Shown here in pieces: positions 48,796 to 57,576 of a DNA stretch of 64,000 bases; position 1 is the stretch's first letter, and the number at the start of each line of letters is the position of its first letter. The translations under genes and the position numbers were made by a program. Origin of the DNA: a virus (Duplodnaviria; Caudoviricetes); the IMG/VR virus record IMGVR_UViG_2690315896_000001, positions 3,311 to 67,310 of that record; one strand, 5' to 3'. Below the pieces are notes generated by a model. That model had not been told where the DNA came from. It saw only the letters and a program-made list of their open reading frames with translations, and did not search any database.

Positions 48796-49568
48796 GCGCC
48801 CCTCCCGCGATAGCTCTCCCACTGGAACGGCAGCACGTCACCACCGTCTTCGCGCAGACGGTCCATGACGCGCTCGCCCAGGTAGGCAGCCACGTCGGCG
48901 ATGGGCAGGTTCGACAGGAACAGCGTGGGCTTGCGGCGCTCGTAGCGCTCGTTGAGCACGTCGAACAGCAGGTTCTTTTCGAAGTCGCTGCCGAACTGCA
49001 CGCCCACCTCGTCCAGGATCAGCAGGTCCGGGAACACCATGGCGGCAATGGCCTCGCCCTCGGACTCGCCGCTCCGCTTGGACCAGGTGTCCTTGATGCG
49101 GCGGACAGCGCGCGCAACGGTCGTGAACAGCACCGATGCGCCATGCGTGTGCATGACCTGCAGGCCGATGCCGATGGCAAGGTGCGTCTTCCCTGTGCCG
49201 ACGTTACCCACGAAGATGGCGCCGCTGCCCTTGCGCTGCACGTCATCGAAGCTGGCCGCATAGTCCTTGGCGAATTGCAGCGCGGCCTGCTGCTCCGGGG
49301 TTTCCGCGATGTAGGTCCGCAGGCGGCAGCTCTGGAAGCGCTGGGGGATCGCGGCCGTGCCCAGACGCTTCTCCCACTCTTCGCGCGCTTGGCGCTTCTG
49401 CTCGTCCTGGGCCTGGGCCAGTTCCTTGGCCTTGGCCTCCTCGGCGCACAGGTTGCACTTCGTCCAGATGTCGCCCAGATGGCAGCTGCTCAGGTACAAC
49501 CCATGCCTGGGGCATGTGCTCTCGCGCGTCAGCGGCGGGCGGTGGATGCGGGATGCGAGGAGGTCCAT
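48792..49568 (-). CDS. DnaC/IstB-like helicase loader ATPase
   Basis: CPRH..CNLC Zn motif, GNVGTGKT, LLILDEVG, LGERVMDRL. Confidence 0.92.
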   Translation of the reverse strand: MDLLASRIHRPPLTRESTCPRHGLYLSSCHLGDIWTKCNLCAEEAKAKELAQAQDEQKRQAREEWEKRLGTAAIPQRFQSCRLRTYIAETPEQQAALQFAKDYAASFDDVQRKGSGAIFVGNVGTGKTHLAIGIGLQVMHTHGASVLFTTVARAVRRIKDTWSKRSGESEGEAIAAMVFPDLLILDEVGVQFGSDFEKNLLFDVLNERYERRKPTLFLSNLPIADVAAYLGERVMDRLREDGGDVLPFQWESYRGRGA

Positions 49569-50401
49569 CAGATCTTCCTCGCCTGGCCGTAGTTCACGCC
49601 GCCGAAGTTGTCGGGGGACGGCGTCTTCGCGGCCTTCACTGTCCGGCCAGCAAAGTCCGAGGGCTTGAGCCAGTCGGCCTGCAGTCCCTGCGTGCCACGG
49701 AAGCACCAGATCTGCAGGAAGTCCTCCAGCGACAGCTTGGCCTTGTCCGCCTCGTTGACCGCCATCCGCAGAACCGTTTCCGACACCGGCGCGTTCTTGC
49801 CGTTTCGCAGCGTCAGCCAATCGGTCCAGGTCTGCTCGGTCACGCCGTCAGGGCGAATGATGGCGTTCGCAGCCGTGCGCGCGCCTTTCCCTTTTCCTTG
49901 TTTATTCTTTGTAGGTTCTTTGTAGGTTATGGCGGCAGGATTTGCCGGGGTCCCCGGCAGATCTTGCCGGGGGGTGTTGCAGATATTGCCGGGGTCCCCG
50001 GCAGAATCTGCCGGGGTTTGAGGGGGCGGCAAATCCTGCCGGGGTGCAGAATCTGCCGGGGGTTCCGGCGCGCAGGAGCGCATGATCATCTGGTCGTATT
50101 CGGTCAAGCGCGGGCGCTTGGACAGGCATTCATATACCGCCGCGCGCAGCACCTTCAGATTGATCTGGTACTCGGAGCTCCAGCCAGTGCGCTGAATGCG
50201 CTGCACCAGCCCCTGCTCTTCCATGGCGGCCACGTGGCCACGCACAGCGCGGACCGACAAACCGCACTTGTCTGCCAAGGTCTGGATGGACGGGAAGCAG
50301 TTGCCCGCGTCGTTGGCGTTGTCGCACAGGGCCAGGAACACCAGGCGTGGGCCTGACTGCAGTTCCGTGCGCCATGCGAGGGTCGTGTAGTCGGAACTCA
50401 T
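49568..50401 (-). CDS. Replication initiator (lambda O-like, N-terminal wHTH)
   Basis: LALCDNANDAGNCFPSIQTLADKCGLS; internal iterons. Confidence 0.85.
   Translation of the reverse strand: MSSDYTTLAWRTELQSGPRLVFLALCDNANDAGNCFPSIQTLADKCGLSVRAVRGHVAAMEEQGLVQRIQRTGWSSEYQINLKVLRAAVYECLSKRPRLTEYDQMIMRSCAPEPPADSAPRQDLPPPQTPADSAGDPGNICNTPRQDLPGTPANPAAITYKEPTKNKQGKGKGARTAANAIIRPDGVTEQTWTDWLTLRNGKNAPVSETVLRMAVNEADKAKLSLEDFLQIWCFRGTQGLQADWLKPSDFAGRTVKAAKTPSPDNFGGVNYGQARKI
49890..50061. repeat. Replication origin: six iterons (GCAR-N4-TGCCGGGG) plus adjacent AT-rich tract
   Basis: Copies at about 49934, 49956, 49978, 50000 (22-bp period), 50028 and 50045; T-rich 49890-49930. Confidence 0.85.
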
Positions 50402-51114
50402 GCTTGCGCACCCTCCTGCGCCAGGCGGGCCTGGTGCTGGCCCCACAGGCCGGCTACCCAGTTCACGCCCTTGGGGGTGAACTTCGTGGCGTTGAAGGCA
50501 TGCTCGTTGACCTGGGCCACGCCCGTCTTCACGACAAAGCGGCCGGCATCGATGTGGCACTGGTGCGCAGTCCACTCGCCACCCAGGCGGTACATGATCT
50601 TTTCTTCCTGCAGCCAGGCCCGGAATGCGTGCTCGTTCGCGCCCAGCAGCTTGGCCACCTGACGGAAGCCCTTCGCGCCGTTGGCGGCCACGTAGCGGTC
50701 CACGTATTCGGCCTTGGGCGCGGCCAGGGCCAGGGCGGCCTGCTGCTGCTCGATCTGCTCGGCCTGTTCAGCGGCCAGGCGCAGCGCCTGAGACATCGTG
50801 CGCGGCACGGCTGGAGCGGCCTGGGCCTCCAACTCCTGCCACCGCTTCACCACCTTCATGCGCGCCACGGCGTCGTAGCCCAGCAGCAGGGTCAGGCAGG
50901 TGTCGCGGTCCAGTTCGTACTGCGAGTAGCGCTGGCCGTTGGCGCCCGCGTAAGTCGTTGTTTCGCAAACAGGATTCAAATTTGAAGCCTGCAGGTCGTC
51001 CAGCATCGTACGGATGTCGCGCATCACGTTGCCGTGGTCGCGGCCCGTCAGCTCGGCGATTTCGCGGCTGCTCATGGTCAGCACGGCGGCGGAAATTGCA
51101 GTGATCGCGTTCAT
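50398..51114 (-). CDS. Rha-N + KilAC antirepressor-family protein
   Basis: TMSSREIAELTGRDHGNVMRDI; APKAEYVD..FTPKG. Confidence 0.9.
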   Translation of the reverse strand: MNAITAISAAVLTMSSREIAELTGRDHGNVMRDIRTMLDDLQASNLNPVCETTTYAGANGQRYSQYELDRDTCLTLLLGYDAVARMKVVKRWQELEAQAAPAVPRTMSQALRLAAEQAEQIEQQQAALALAAPKAEYVDRYVAANGAKGFRQVAKLLGANEHAFRAWLQEEKIMYRLGGEWTAHQCHIDAGRFVVKTGVAQVNEHAFNATKFTPKGVNWVAGLWGQHQARLAQEGAQA

Positions 51115-51539
51115 TGCCCGGGCCCCCAGAATTTCCGGGCCGGAAATGGGCCTGTCAAATGCTCCCGCAGGTCCATAGCATCAGCGTCATGCAACGCTTT
51201 TTCCGCAACCATCAACGTGTAAGTCTTCTCGTGGACCAGCAGGTAAATGCAGTCCCGCTGGCAGGCCGACGCGTTCTGTTTGCGCATGGCCGCACGACGC
51301 CTGAAAAGCTCCGCAGTGCCACTGTCAACCCACGTCTTCATGCAGGTGTCCAGAGCGCCATTGGGGCCAGCGATACCGCGGGCAAACATCACGTCGCCAC
51401 CTTCAGCCTCGTCCAACCGGGCCTGGACATGGGCCAGAACACGCTCCGCTTCCTCGGGGGCCAGCCCCTTCAGCGCCTTGAGGATTCGATCTGCCGCGTC
51501 AATTTCCGCGCGGCTCAGTACTTGGGGGGCGTCACGCAT
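51111..51539 (-). CDS. Hypothetical (CII-position) protein
   Basis: GAGGAG RBS, coupled to the antirepressor. Confidence 0.55.
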   Translation of the reverse strand: MRDAPQVLSRAEIDAADRILKALKGLAPEEAERVLAHVQARLDEAEGGDVMFARGIAGPNGALDTCMKTWVDSGTAELFRRRAAMRKQNASACQRDCIYLLVHEKTYTLMVAEKALHDADAMDLREHLTGPFPARKFWGPGQ

Positions 51540-51636
51540 GCGGACTCACTCCTCGGCTTGTTTTTTGAAAGGGGTGCCCGCCACCTCCCGGAGCAGAATG
51601 GGAGTTCCTACACAACCATTCCCGAGAGGGGCGGAC

Positions 51637-51849
51637 ATGAAACAAGAACTGATCGGGCCCACAGCAACTCTTGCTGGAGCGATGCTCTCGAAGATCGAGT
51701 TGGAGTACAGCGACTTCACGCGGGGCATCGTTGCCAAGACGTTCGAAGACGCTTACTACGCACTGCTGGAAGGCATTCAGCGCGTGGACACTGCAGAAGA
51801 AGCCCGGCGTGCGGGGCAGGCACAACACCCCACCCAAGACGGAAGCTGA
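51637..51849 (+). CDS. Small antisense moron protein
   Basis: CAGAAT -10 and GAGGGG RBS; leader shared with the KTSC gene. Confidence 0.65.
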   Translation: MKQELIGPTATLAGAMLSKIELEYSDFTRGIVAKTFEDAYYALLEGIQRVDTAEEARRAGQAQHPTQDGS

Positions 51850-51979
51850 CGCGTACCGGCAACCTTCCCAGACGTGCGTCCTGCTGCGCTGCAGGGTCAC
51901 AAAGAACGCCGACCCTCGGCACCAACGCTTCCCCGAAAACCTATTGCTCGTCGGCTGGGCCTCGACCAAGCGGTACGGC

Positions 51980-52159
51980 TTACACATGGCCCAGCTCCGC
52001 GGCTGGCAGTTGCAGTGCAGCCATCGTTTTCCGCATGGCCGCGTGGAGGTTCAGGCTGGCCTTGTGCCAAGCCTCCATAAGGCGTTCCTGGCGGGAGCGG
52101 TACAGGCGCTTCTGGTGCGGCAGCGGGCCCGACCGCTTGGACTTGCGGGGGCTATGCAT
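51980..52159 (-). CDS. Small basic protein downstream of cro
   Basis: AGGAG RBS, overlaps the cro stop. Confidence 0.5.
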   Translation of the reverse strand: MHSPRKSKRSGPLPHQKRLYRSRQERLMEAWHKASLNLHAAMRKTMAALQLPAAELGHV

Positions 52160-52403
52160 GGCCTGGCTCCTGGGCGGCGGACTGGGCAAGCTCAGGCCAG
52201 ATGTCCTGCCAGTCGTTGGGGCGCAGGTCTCGTCGCGAGACAGCTCCTTGCGTAGCCAACTCGATAGCTACTGCCGATTTCTCTGGAACAACGCGCTTCC
52301 CTGAGGCCCAACGGGACACATCAGGCCGGTGCGCGCCGATCTGATCAGCCAGATCGCCGATCGACCCACGCCCCTTTTTGGAGATGTACTCATGGAGGTT
52401 CAT
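52152..52403 (-). CDS. Cro/YdaS-like repressor
   Basis: VSRWASGKR..IELATQGAVSRRDLRPNDWQDIWPEL. Confidence 0.9.
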   Translation of the reverse strand: MNLHEYISKKGRGSIGDLADQIGAHRPDVSRWASGKRVVPEKSAVAIELATQGAVSRRDLRPNDWQDIWPELAQSAAQEPGHA

Positions 52404-52414
52404 GAGCAAATTAT

Positions 52415-52475
52415 TAGCGATACGCTACATACCGTCAATAGCGCCTCGCGCTTTGCCAAAAGTAGCGTTTTGCTA
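52415..52475. promoter_or_regulatory. OR operators (three sites at 24-bp spacing) with PR/PRM
   Basis: TAGCGATACGCTA (52415), TAGCGCCTCGCGC (52439), TAGCGTTTTGCTA (52463); minus-strand TTGACG-17-AATAAT. Confidence 0.85.
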
Positions 52476-52487
52476 AACCATCGCCCG

Positions 52488-53222
52488 ATGGACCCGATCG
52501 AAGTGACCCGCCGCCGCCGCCTTGCCATCCTTGTCGATGAAGCAGGATCTCAGGCCGCACTTGCTGAAAAAATAGGTAAGGCTCCTGCTCAGATCAGCCA
52601 GTGGATACGCGCGTTGCCAGATTCAAAAACAGGGAAGCCGCGTTCAATGAGTAAGGAGGCTGCACGCGAAGTCGAGGCGCGCGTAGGAAGACCTTCCGGA
52701 TGGATGGACCAGCCAATTTCGCAAGATGCAGCGATGGTAGAGATGGCTGCTGCATCCCACCCCTCCATACCGTTCTGGCATGCGCCCGATGCCGTTCGCG
52801 TCCCCCTTTTGGCGAACTGTGCCAGCATGGGACCAGGCGAGGTGCTGCTTGAATCTGACGTGATCGTTGGAGACTTAGCCTTGTCCCCACATTGGATCAA
52901 TCAACATATTCGCCCTCAGAACCCGAGCGAGCTTCGGTTTATTCATGCCTATGGAGACAGCATGGCGCCAACGTTCACTGACGGTGATGTCCTCCTAGTT
53001 GATACTGGCCCAGGCGCGAAAGACCCGCATACACGCGAAGGCGTATATGTGCTCCAGGCAGGCGAAAAAAACTATGTCAAACGAGTAAGCCCCACGTTTG
53101 ATGGAAAGCTGCAAGTCACAAGCGACAATCCAAGCTCGAAAATAGTCCAGATACTGAACGGAGATCATCAGGTCACCGTCGTTGGACGCGTGGTTTGGGC
53201 CTGGAATGGCCGGCGCCTTTGA
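52488..53222 (+). CDS. CI-like repressor (HTH + S24 peptidase)
   Basis: SQAALAEKIGKAPAQISQW; GDSMAP and VKR catalytic S/K; apparently leaderless. Confidence 0.93.
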   Translation: MDPIEVTRRRRLAILVDEAGSQAALAEKIGKAPAQISQWIRALPDSKTGKPRSMSKEAAREVEARVGRPSGWMDQPISQDAAMVEMAAASHPSIPFWHAPDAVRVPLLANCASMGPGEVLLESDVIVGDLALSPHWINQHIRPQNPSELRFIHAYGDSMAPTFTDGDVLLVDTGPGAKDPHTREGVYVLQAGEKNYVKRVSPTFDGKLQVTSDNPSSKIVQILNGDHQVTVVGRVVWAWNGRRL

Positions 53223-53249
53223 GTTCATATTTTTATGGAGAGGTAGTTC

Positions 53250-53489
53250 ATGACCCCTCAAGACACGGGACAGCGCAACAGAGTATGGTCTTTTGCTTTT
53301 CAAGTGCTCGCTTTCTGTATCGGTTGGGGAGCCGCGCTGGATAGTGATCACCCCTTCGGGGCTTTCATTTTGAACTGGGCCCTCTGGGCTTTGGTATTTT
53401 GGTTTGTTGGACTACTTTTATCGAAAAGTGCCAAAGGCCGACCGAGCGGAGAAGGACCCGGATCTGGTAGCGCGGGCGGCGGGGGTTGA
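53250..53489 (+). CDS. Small two-TM protein cotranscribed with cI
   Basis: GGAGAGG RBS, hydrophobic, terminator at about 53553-53577. Confidence 0.6.
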   Translation: MTPQDTGQRNRVWSFAFQVLAFCIGWGAALDSDHPFGAFILNWALWALVFWFVGLLLSKSAKGRPSGEGPGSGSAGGGG

Positions 53490-53728
53490 ACTCCAGCATC
53501 GAAGATGCCTCCTTCTGAACCGCACAGCCTCTACACCCCTGCCCACCCCCTGCCCGCCCTGAGCGGGATTTTTTTTGCCCGCGCGACACGCCTAGTGAGC
53601 GGGAAATCAGGACATCGCCGCGGAAGAGGCACTCTTTGAAGTTCGCTTCGCGTGACACTCCCGACTTCCTCCTCTGTACAGACACAACCACCTCCGCGCG
53701 ACCTCCACACCATCTGTATGCGAAAAAT

Positions 53729-53771
53729 TAGCGATGCGCTATTGACCAAAATAGTAGCGATGCGCTAATCT
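53729..53771 (+). promoter_or_regulatory. OL operators and PL promoter
   Basis: TAGCGATGCGCTA at 53729 and 53755; TTGACC-18-TAATCT. Confidence 0.88.
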
Positions 53772-54206
53772 TCACCTAACAACTCAGCAACCGCACATGC
53801 GGACAGGCAGGGAAGTTGGGCACCACGGCATCGACCGGGCAAGCCCCGGTCTTTCACAAGTTGCACGCCGATGTTGCTTGCCCCACCCGAGGGGCATTCG
53901 TCCGGCGCAATGGCGCTCCTGGGCATGGGCCAGGTCAGCGTGCCGCGTCTCCGCGCGGTTGCCAGTCCGTCAAAGCACGGTTCACGGCATAGGGAAGGAA
54001 CTGCGGGCGGGATGCCCTGTAGAGAGTAGGCGGGAGGCTGTGAAGGGTGCGCGCCAGCGCATCTGGAGCCGACGATGGAACACCGCCCTGGCATTCCGGT
54101 GACGAACGCAGTGAGATGACACCACGGAGCAAAAAAACGGTGCGGCATGTTAATGCCGCGCAGCTGCTACCAGATGCAGCACGCCCTCCCCGAGCGCATC
54201 GGGGCG

Positions 54207-54243
54207 AAACAAAAAAGGCCTCCCACGAGGCCTTTTTTGTTTC
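54207..54243. terminator. Bidirectional intrinsic terminator
   Basis: AAACAAAAAAGGCCTC-CCAC-GAGGCCTTTTTTGTTT. Confidence 0.85.
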
Positions 54244-54315
54244 CGCCACACCACCGCAGGCTATTTCCGCGTGAGAACACCTTTGGGGCACAGCTGTAGC
54301 GGCTGGTTGTGACTA

Positions 54316-55257
54316 TTAATAATCAGTGTAGAGATGGATGCCTGCGAATCGACTCGTGTACCAGCCTGCACCTCGCTGGAGAAATGGGGTGCTGAGGTTG
54401 CCGATTTCCGAAGAAATTTGCAAACCAGTTACTTCATAGTTACCAGCATCCAGGTCAAGATGGGTTTGTGAATTACCATTTTTTGAGTTCATAGCATTGA
54501 TAGCCGCTGACAATTGAGCCTTGGAAATGCACATGCCATACCATTTCAAATTTTCACCTTTCGAGCCATTAACGGAGTGACTAAATGGCATCAACGAGAG
54601 GAAATTACTACTCTCCGCGTATGCAGTCCCAACATAGTACCCAGATATACCCTCGTCATAAAAAGCACTCTCATCCATATTGAGATTTGGCCATCGGCTA
54701 TCCCAGCTCTTTATGCTGTAGTGGAATTGTCGCCCATTTTTATCCATGAGCCATAGCGCTACCCCATTGTAAAATACCGCCCCCTCATTGTAGCTATCTA
54801 CAACGGTTTCCGAATGCTCCAAACACATCTTTGGATTTGAACCAAACTGACCTGCCCACGGCTTTTTGTTAATTTGGTGTCCCCAGCCCATGTAGTACCA
54901 CCCCATAGGAGACGGAGTGGGCAAACTATATGAATGAAGATGCAAAGTCACTTGAGCACCCTGTTTCTGAACCGATGTCGAACCATAACCATTTGGATTG
55001 ATTGAAGCTTGAAAATCACTCAGGGGATTCGGTGTATTTAAGTGTGAAAAATCACCAACATTCCAATTAGAATGTCTCTGCAGAGTGCCACCAAAACTGT
55101 ATGTATAAATCCCATCCGCACCACCCGCAACGTCATTTGCCACCACCACATCTTTAAGATTATTATTCTTTGGTTCAACCCAAAAGTGTTGTGCAGCATT
55201 GACGCTCAATACTGGAACTGCCAGTGTCACGATAGATACCAATTTAGAAAGAATCAT
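54316..55257 (-). CDS. Secreted hypothetical protein (moron, paralog of 3065-4159)
   Basis: Low GC, signal peptide ending VNA, antisense to the PL operon. Confidence 0.85.
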   Translation of the reverse strand: MILSKLVSIVTLAVPVLSVNAAQHFWVEPKNNNLKDVVVANDVAGGADGIYTYSFGGTLQRHSNWNVGDFSHLNTPNPLSDFQASINPNGYGSTSVQKQGAQVTLHLHSYSLPTPSPMGWYYMGWGHQINKKPWAGQFGSNPKMCLEHSETVVDSYNEGAVFYNGVALWLMDKNGRQFHYSIKSWDSRWPNLNMDESAFYDEGISGYYVGTAYAESSNFLSLMPFSHSVNGSKGENLKWYGMCISKAQLSAAINAMNSKNGNSQTHLDLDAGNYEVTGLQISSEIGNLSTPFLQRGAGWYTSRFAGIHLYTDY

Positions 55258-55465
55258 AAATACTCCCATAGTATTAAATAAATGACTCTATTCCGTTCGG
55301 AAAAGAGTATTTGTAGTCTATAGCATTCTTTCAAAGCCGTATTCGAAAATAGTCTTCAACTCCACAAGCTTCTTCGCTCGCGGCCTTCGTCTTTAGCGGG
55401 GCTGCTCTCGCGGCATTTGGCCCGCCCTGCAGTGATGTGGGGCGGGCACTTTTTGGGAGTCCACC

Positions 55466-55663
55466 ATGACCACCAGATTCCACCGACTTCGCGGCGAACG
55501 CAATGTAGCTGCTTATGAACCGCGCTCTCTTGCCGAATGGAAAGAAGAAGAGCGCCAATTGGCCGAAGCTGCAGCCCAGCGCCGACAGCAACAAGCAGCA
55601 ACCTCACCGAATCCGCCTCATGGCGGATTTGTCGTTTCAGGAGAGCCGAAATGCAGCGAGTGA
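55466..55663 (+). CDS. Hypothetical early protein
   Basis: GGGAG RBS. Confidence 0.5.
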   Translation: MTTRFHRLRGERNVAAYEPRSLAEWKEEERQLAEAAAQRRQQQAATSPNPPHGGFVVSGEPKCSE

Positions 55664-55962
55664 TCCCCACCGAACTTTTCAACCCCGACCCCGATGCGCG
55701 CTTCCTCCGCGAGGCCTCGCGCCCTGGCCCTGTGGCCGAGCCGGGCCCGGCGCCCACGCCCGGCAGCTGGCTGCTGCTGTGCCTTGTCCTGCTGGTGGCC
55801 ATCGTGCTCAGCGCCTGCGCGGATGCCGGCGCGGCCCAGGACCCCGTGGCCAGCGCAGCGGAAGTGCAGCGTGCCCACAGCGCTGCACAGGCGTGCCCGC
55901 CCAGTCACGCAGTCGTGTGGACCGGCCCGCAATCCATGGAATGCCTGCGCGAGCTGCCATGA
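55651..55962 (+). CDS. Membrane/lipoprotein-like early protein
   Basis: AGGAG RBS; hydrophobic helix ending LSAC. Confidence 0.55.
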   Translation: MQRVIPTELFNPDPDARFLREASRPGPVAEPGPAPTPGSWLLLCLVLLVAIVLSACADAGAAQDPVASAAEVQRAHSAAQACPPSHAVVWTGPQSMECLRELP

Positions 55963-56067
55963 GCAAATTTTTCGGCTTTTTCCTCTGGTCGGCCTACTCG
56001 GCCTTCTGCATTGCTGCTGCGGTCGCCATGTCCGGAGCACCCCTTTTCTGACCTGGAGCACCAGCTC

Positions 56068-56376
56068 ATGAGCCACACGGAAACCACCTGCCAGGCAGGC
56101 CCGCAGACCATCCCCAGCATCGGGCCGAACGGCCACGCGCACGCCATGGCCCATGTGGCGGTGCCGATCCTCGACATCCTGAACGGCTACAGCGAACACA
56201 GCGGCAACGCCGGTGCCCTCCACGGCGGGCTGTACGCCATGGGCTGTGCCCTCGCCACTGCCGGCGTGGAGTTGAGCACCCAGGTTGCCGACGCGAGCGG
56301 CCCGCTGGCGGCGCTGTTCGACGGCTACGAAACGATGCGCCAGGCCCTGGCCGTCACCGACGAACCTGCAGCCTGA
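56068..56376 (+). CDS. Hypothetical early protein
   Basis: GGAG RBS; hairpin plus T-tract after. Confidence 0.55.
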   Translation: MSHTETTCQAGPQTIPSIGPNGHAHAMAHVAVPILDILNGYSEHSGNAGALHGGLYAMGCALATAGVELSTQVADASGPLAALFDGYETMRQALAVTDEPAA

Positions 56377-56448
56377 CACCCCCCTGTTTCATCCACCGGC
56401 CCGCCACGCGCGGGCTTTTTCTTGTCCCCTTCCACCGAAAGCAAAAGC

Positions 56449-56973
56449 ATGCATAGCCACCGCAGTCCCCTGAACAGTCTTCTCGCCCTGGCCCTCCTGG
56501 GCGCCGTGCTGGAGCGCCAGCGTACCGAGCTGACCTCGCGCAGCCCGTCCAGCGGCACCTCGCCCACGACGCCCACCTCGCCCACGGGTGATGCCGCTCA
56601 GCAAGCCCCCGAACAGCTCGGCGTGGGTGCTCTGCTGGGCGAGATTTTGGGGGTCAAGCCCCCGGCTGCGGCGCCGGATGCCCAGGGCCAGCAGGCCAAT
56701 GGCTGCGGCGGTTGCAGCGGCTGCCAGGAGGGGCAGGCTGTAGAAATGGTCGTTCCAATCCCTTCGCACATCGCGGATGCGGCGGGCATGAACATTCCTG
56801 GCTTCGACCCGAACAGTCCTTCGGGCCGGGTCATCACCCTGCTGGCCGCCGCACAGGCTCAGGTGCTGGGCCAGTGCGAATCCAACCCGATTGGCCTGGA
56901 AGTGAATCGCTACAAGCACGCCAGCGCCTGCATCGGCGTTGCCATCGGAATGATGGGCCAACAGGCACTGTGA
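56449..56973 (+). CDS. Hypothetical early protein
   Basis: Codon bias; CGGCSGC motif. Confidence 0.55.
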   Translation: MHSHRSPLNSLLALALLGAVLERQRTELTSRSPSSGTSPTTPTSPTGDAAQQAPEQLGVGALLGEILGVKPPAAAPDAQGQQANGCGGCSGCQEGQAVEMVVPIPSHIADAAGMNIPGFDPNSPSGRVITLLAAAQAQVLGQCESNPIGLEVNRYKHASACIGVAIGMMGQQAL

Positions 56974-57057
56974 CCGCGCAGTTTGACCAAGCCGAGGGCC
57001 AGCAAATCTAAGCCCGCCCGCTACAGAGCACATTTTTTTGTCCCCAAGGAATAAGGC

Positions 57058-57492
57058 ATGTCCTCCACCATTCCCACCCCCGCCAAAGGCCCCAACCCCG
57101 GCTCTGGCACTGCGCCGGCCACCTCCAGCCCCACACCGGGCCAGGTGGCGGCCAACAGTTCCGCGTCCTCCCTGGTGAACGATCCCACCGAGGTGCTGGG
57201 AGAGTTCGACGGCGGCCAGTTCATGCTGATGCTCTCCCGTGCTCTGGGCTCCGTGAGCGCCGCTGTCGTGGACAACGAGCGCAAGGGAAAGATCACCATC
57301 GAGCTGGACATCAGCAAGATCAAGAAGACCCACCAGGTCACGATCAAGCACGCCATGAAGTTCTCGCGCCCAACCCTCGACGGCGAGGCCAGCGAGAAGG
57401 TATCCCGCGAGACCGTGATGCACGTCGGCAAGTTCGGCAAGCTGACCGTGATGCCCGAGGCCCAAATGGACCTCATCCCCCGAGGCGCGTAG
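57058..57492 (+). CDS. YfdP-like prophage protein
   Basis: LGEFDGG..KGKITIELD..ETVMHVGKFGKLT, usual partner of DUF2303. Confidence 0.75.
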   Translation: MSSTIPTPAKGPNPGSGTAPATSSPTPGQVAANSSASSLVNDPTEVLGEFDGGQFMLMLSRALGSVSAAVVDNERKGKITIELDISKIKKTHQVTIKHAMKFSRPTLDGEASEKVSRETVMHVGKFGKLTVMPEAQMDLIPRGA

Positions 57493-57576
57493 CCGCCTCC
57501 CCTGTCGCTTTTCCCGCTTCCTGCTCGCCGCTCCAGAAGCCGCGGGCTTTTTTTTCGCCCAAACCGAGGACTTTTC

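Noticed and set aside
49934-50061. Regularly spaced repeats resembling a mini-CRISPR
   Set aside because: Short, degenerate, with spacers of about 5 bp, inside the initiator gene: iterons.
53775-54245. tRNA or other known RNA gene in the hairpin-rich region
   Set aside because: No cloverleaf, T-loop GTTC or CCA end recognised; kept only as a structured leader.
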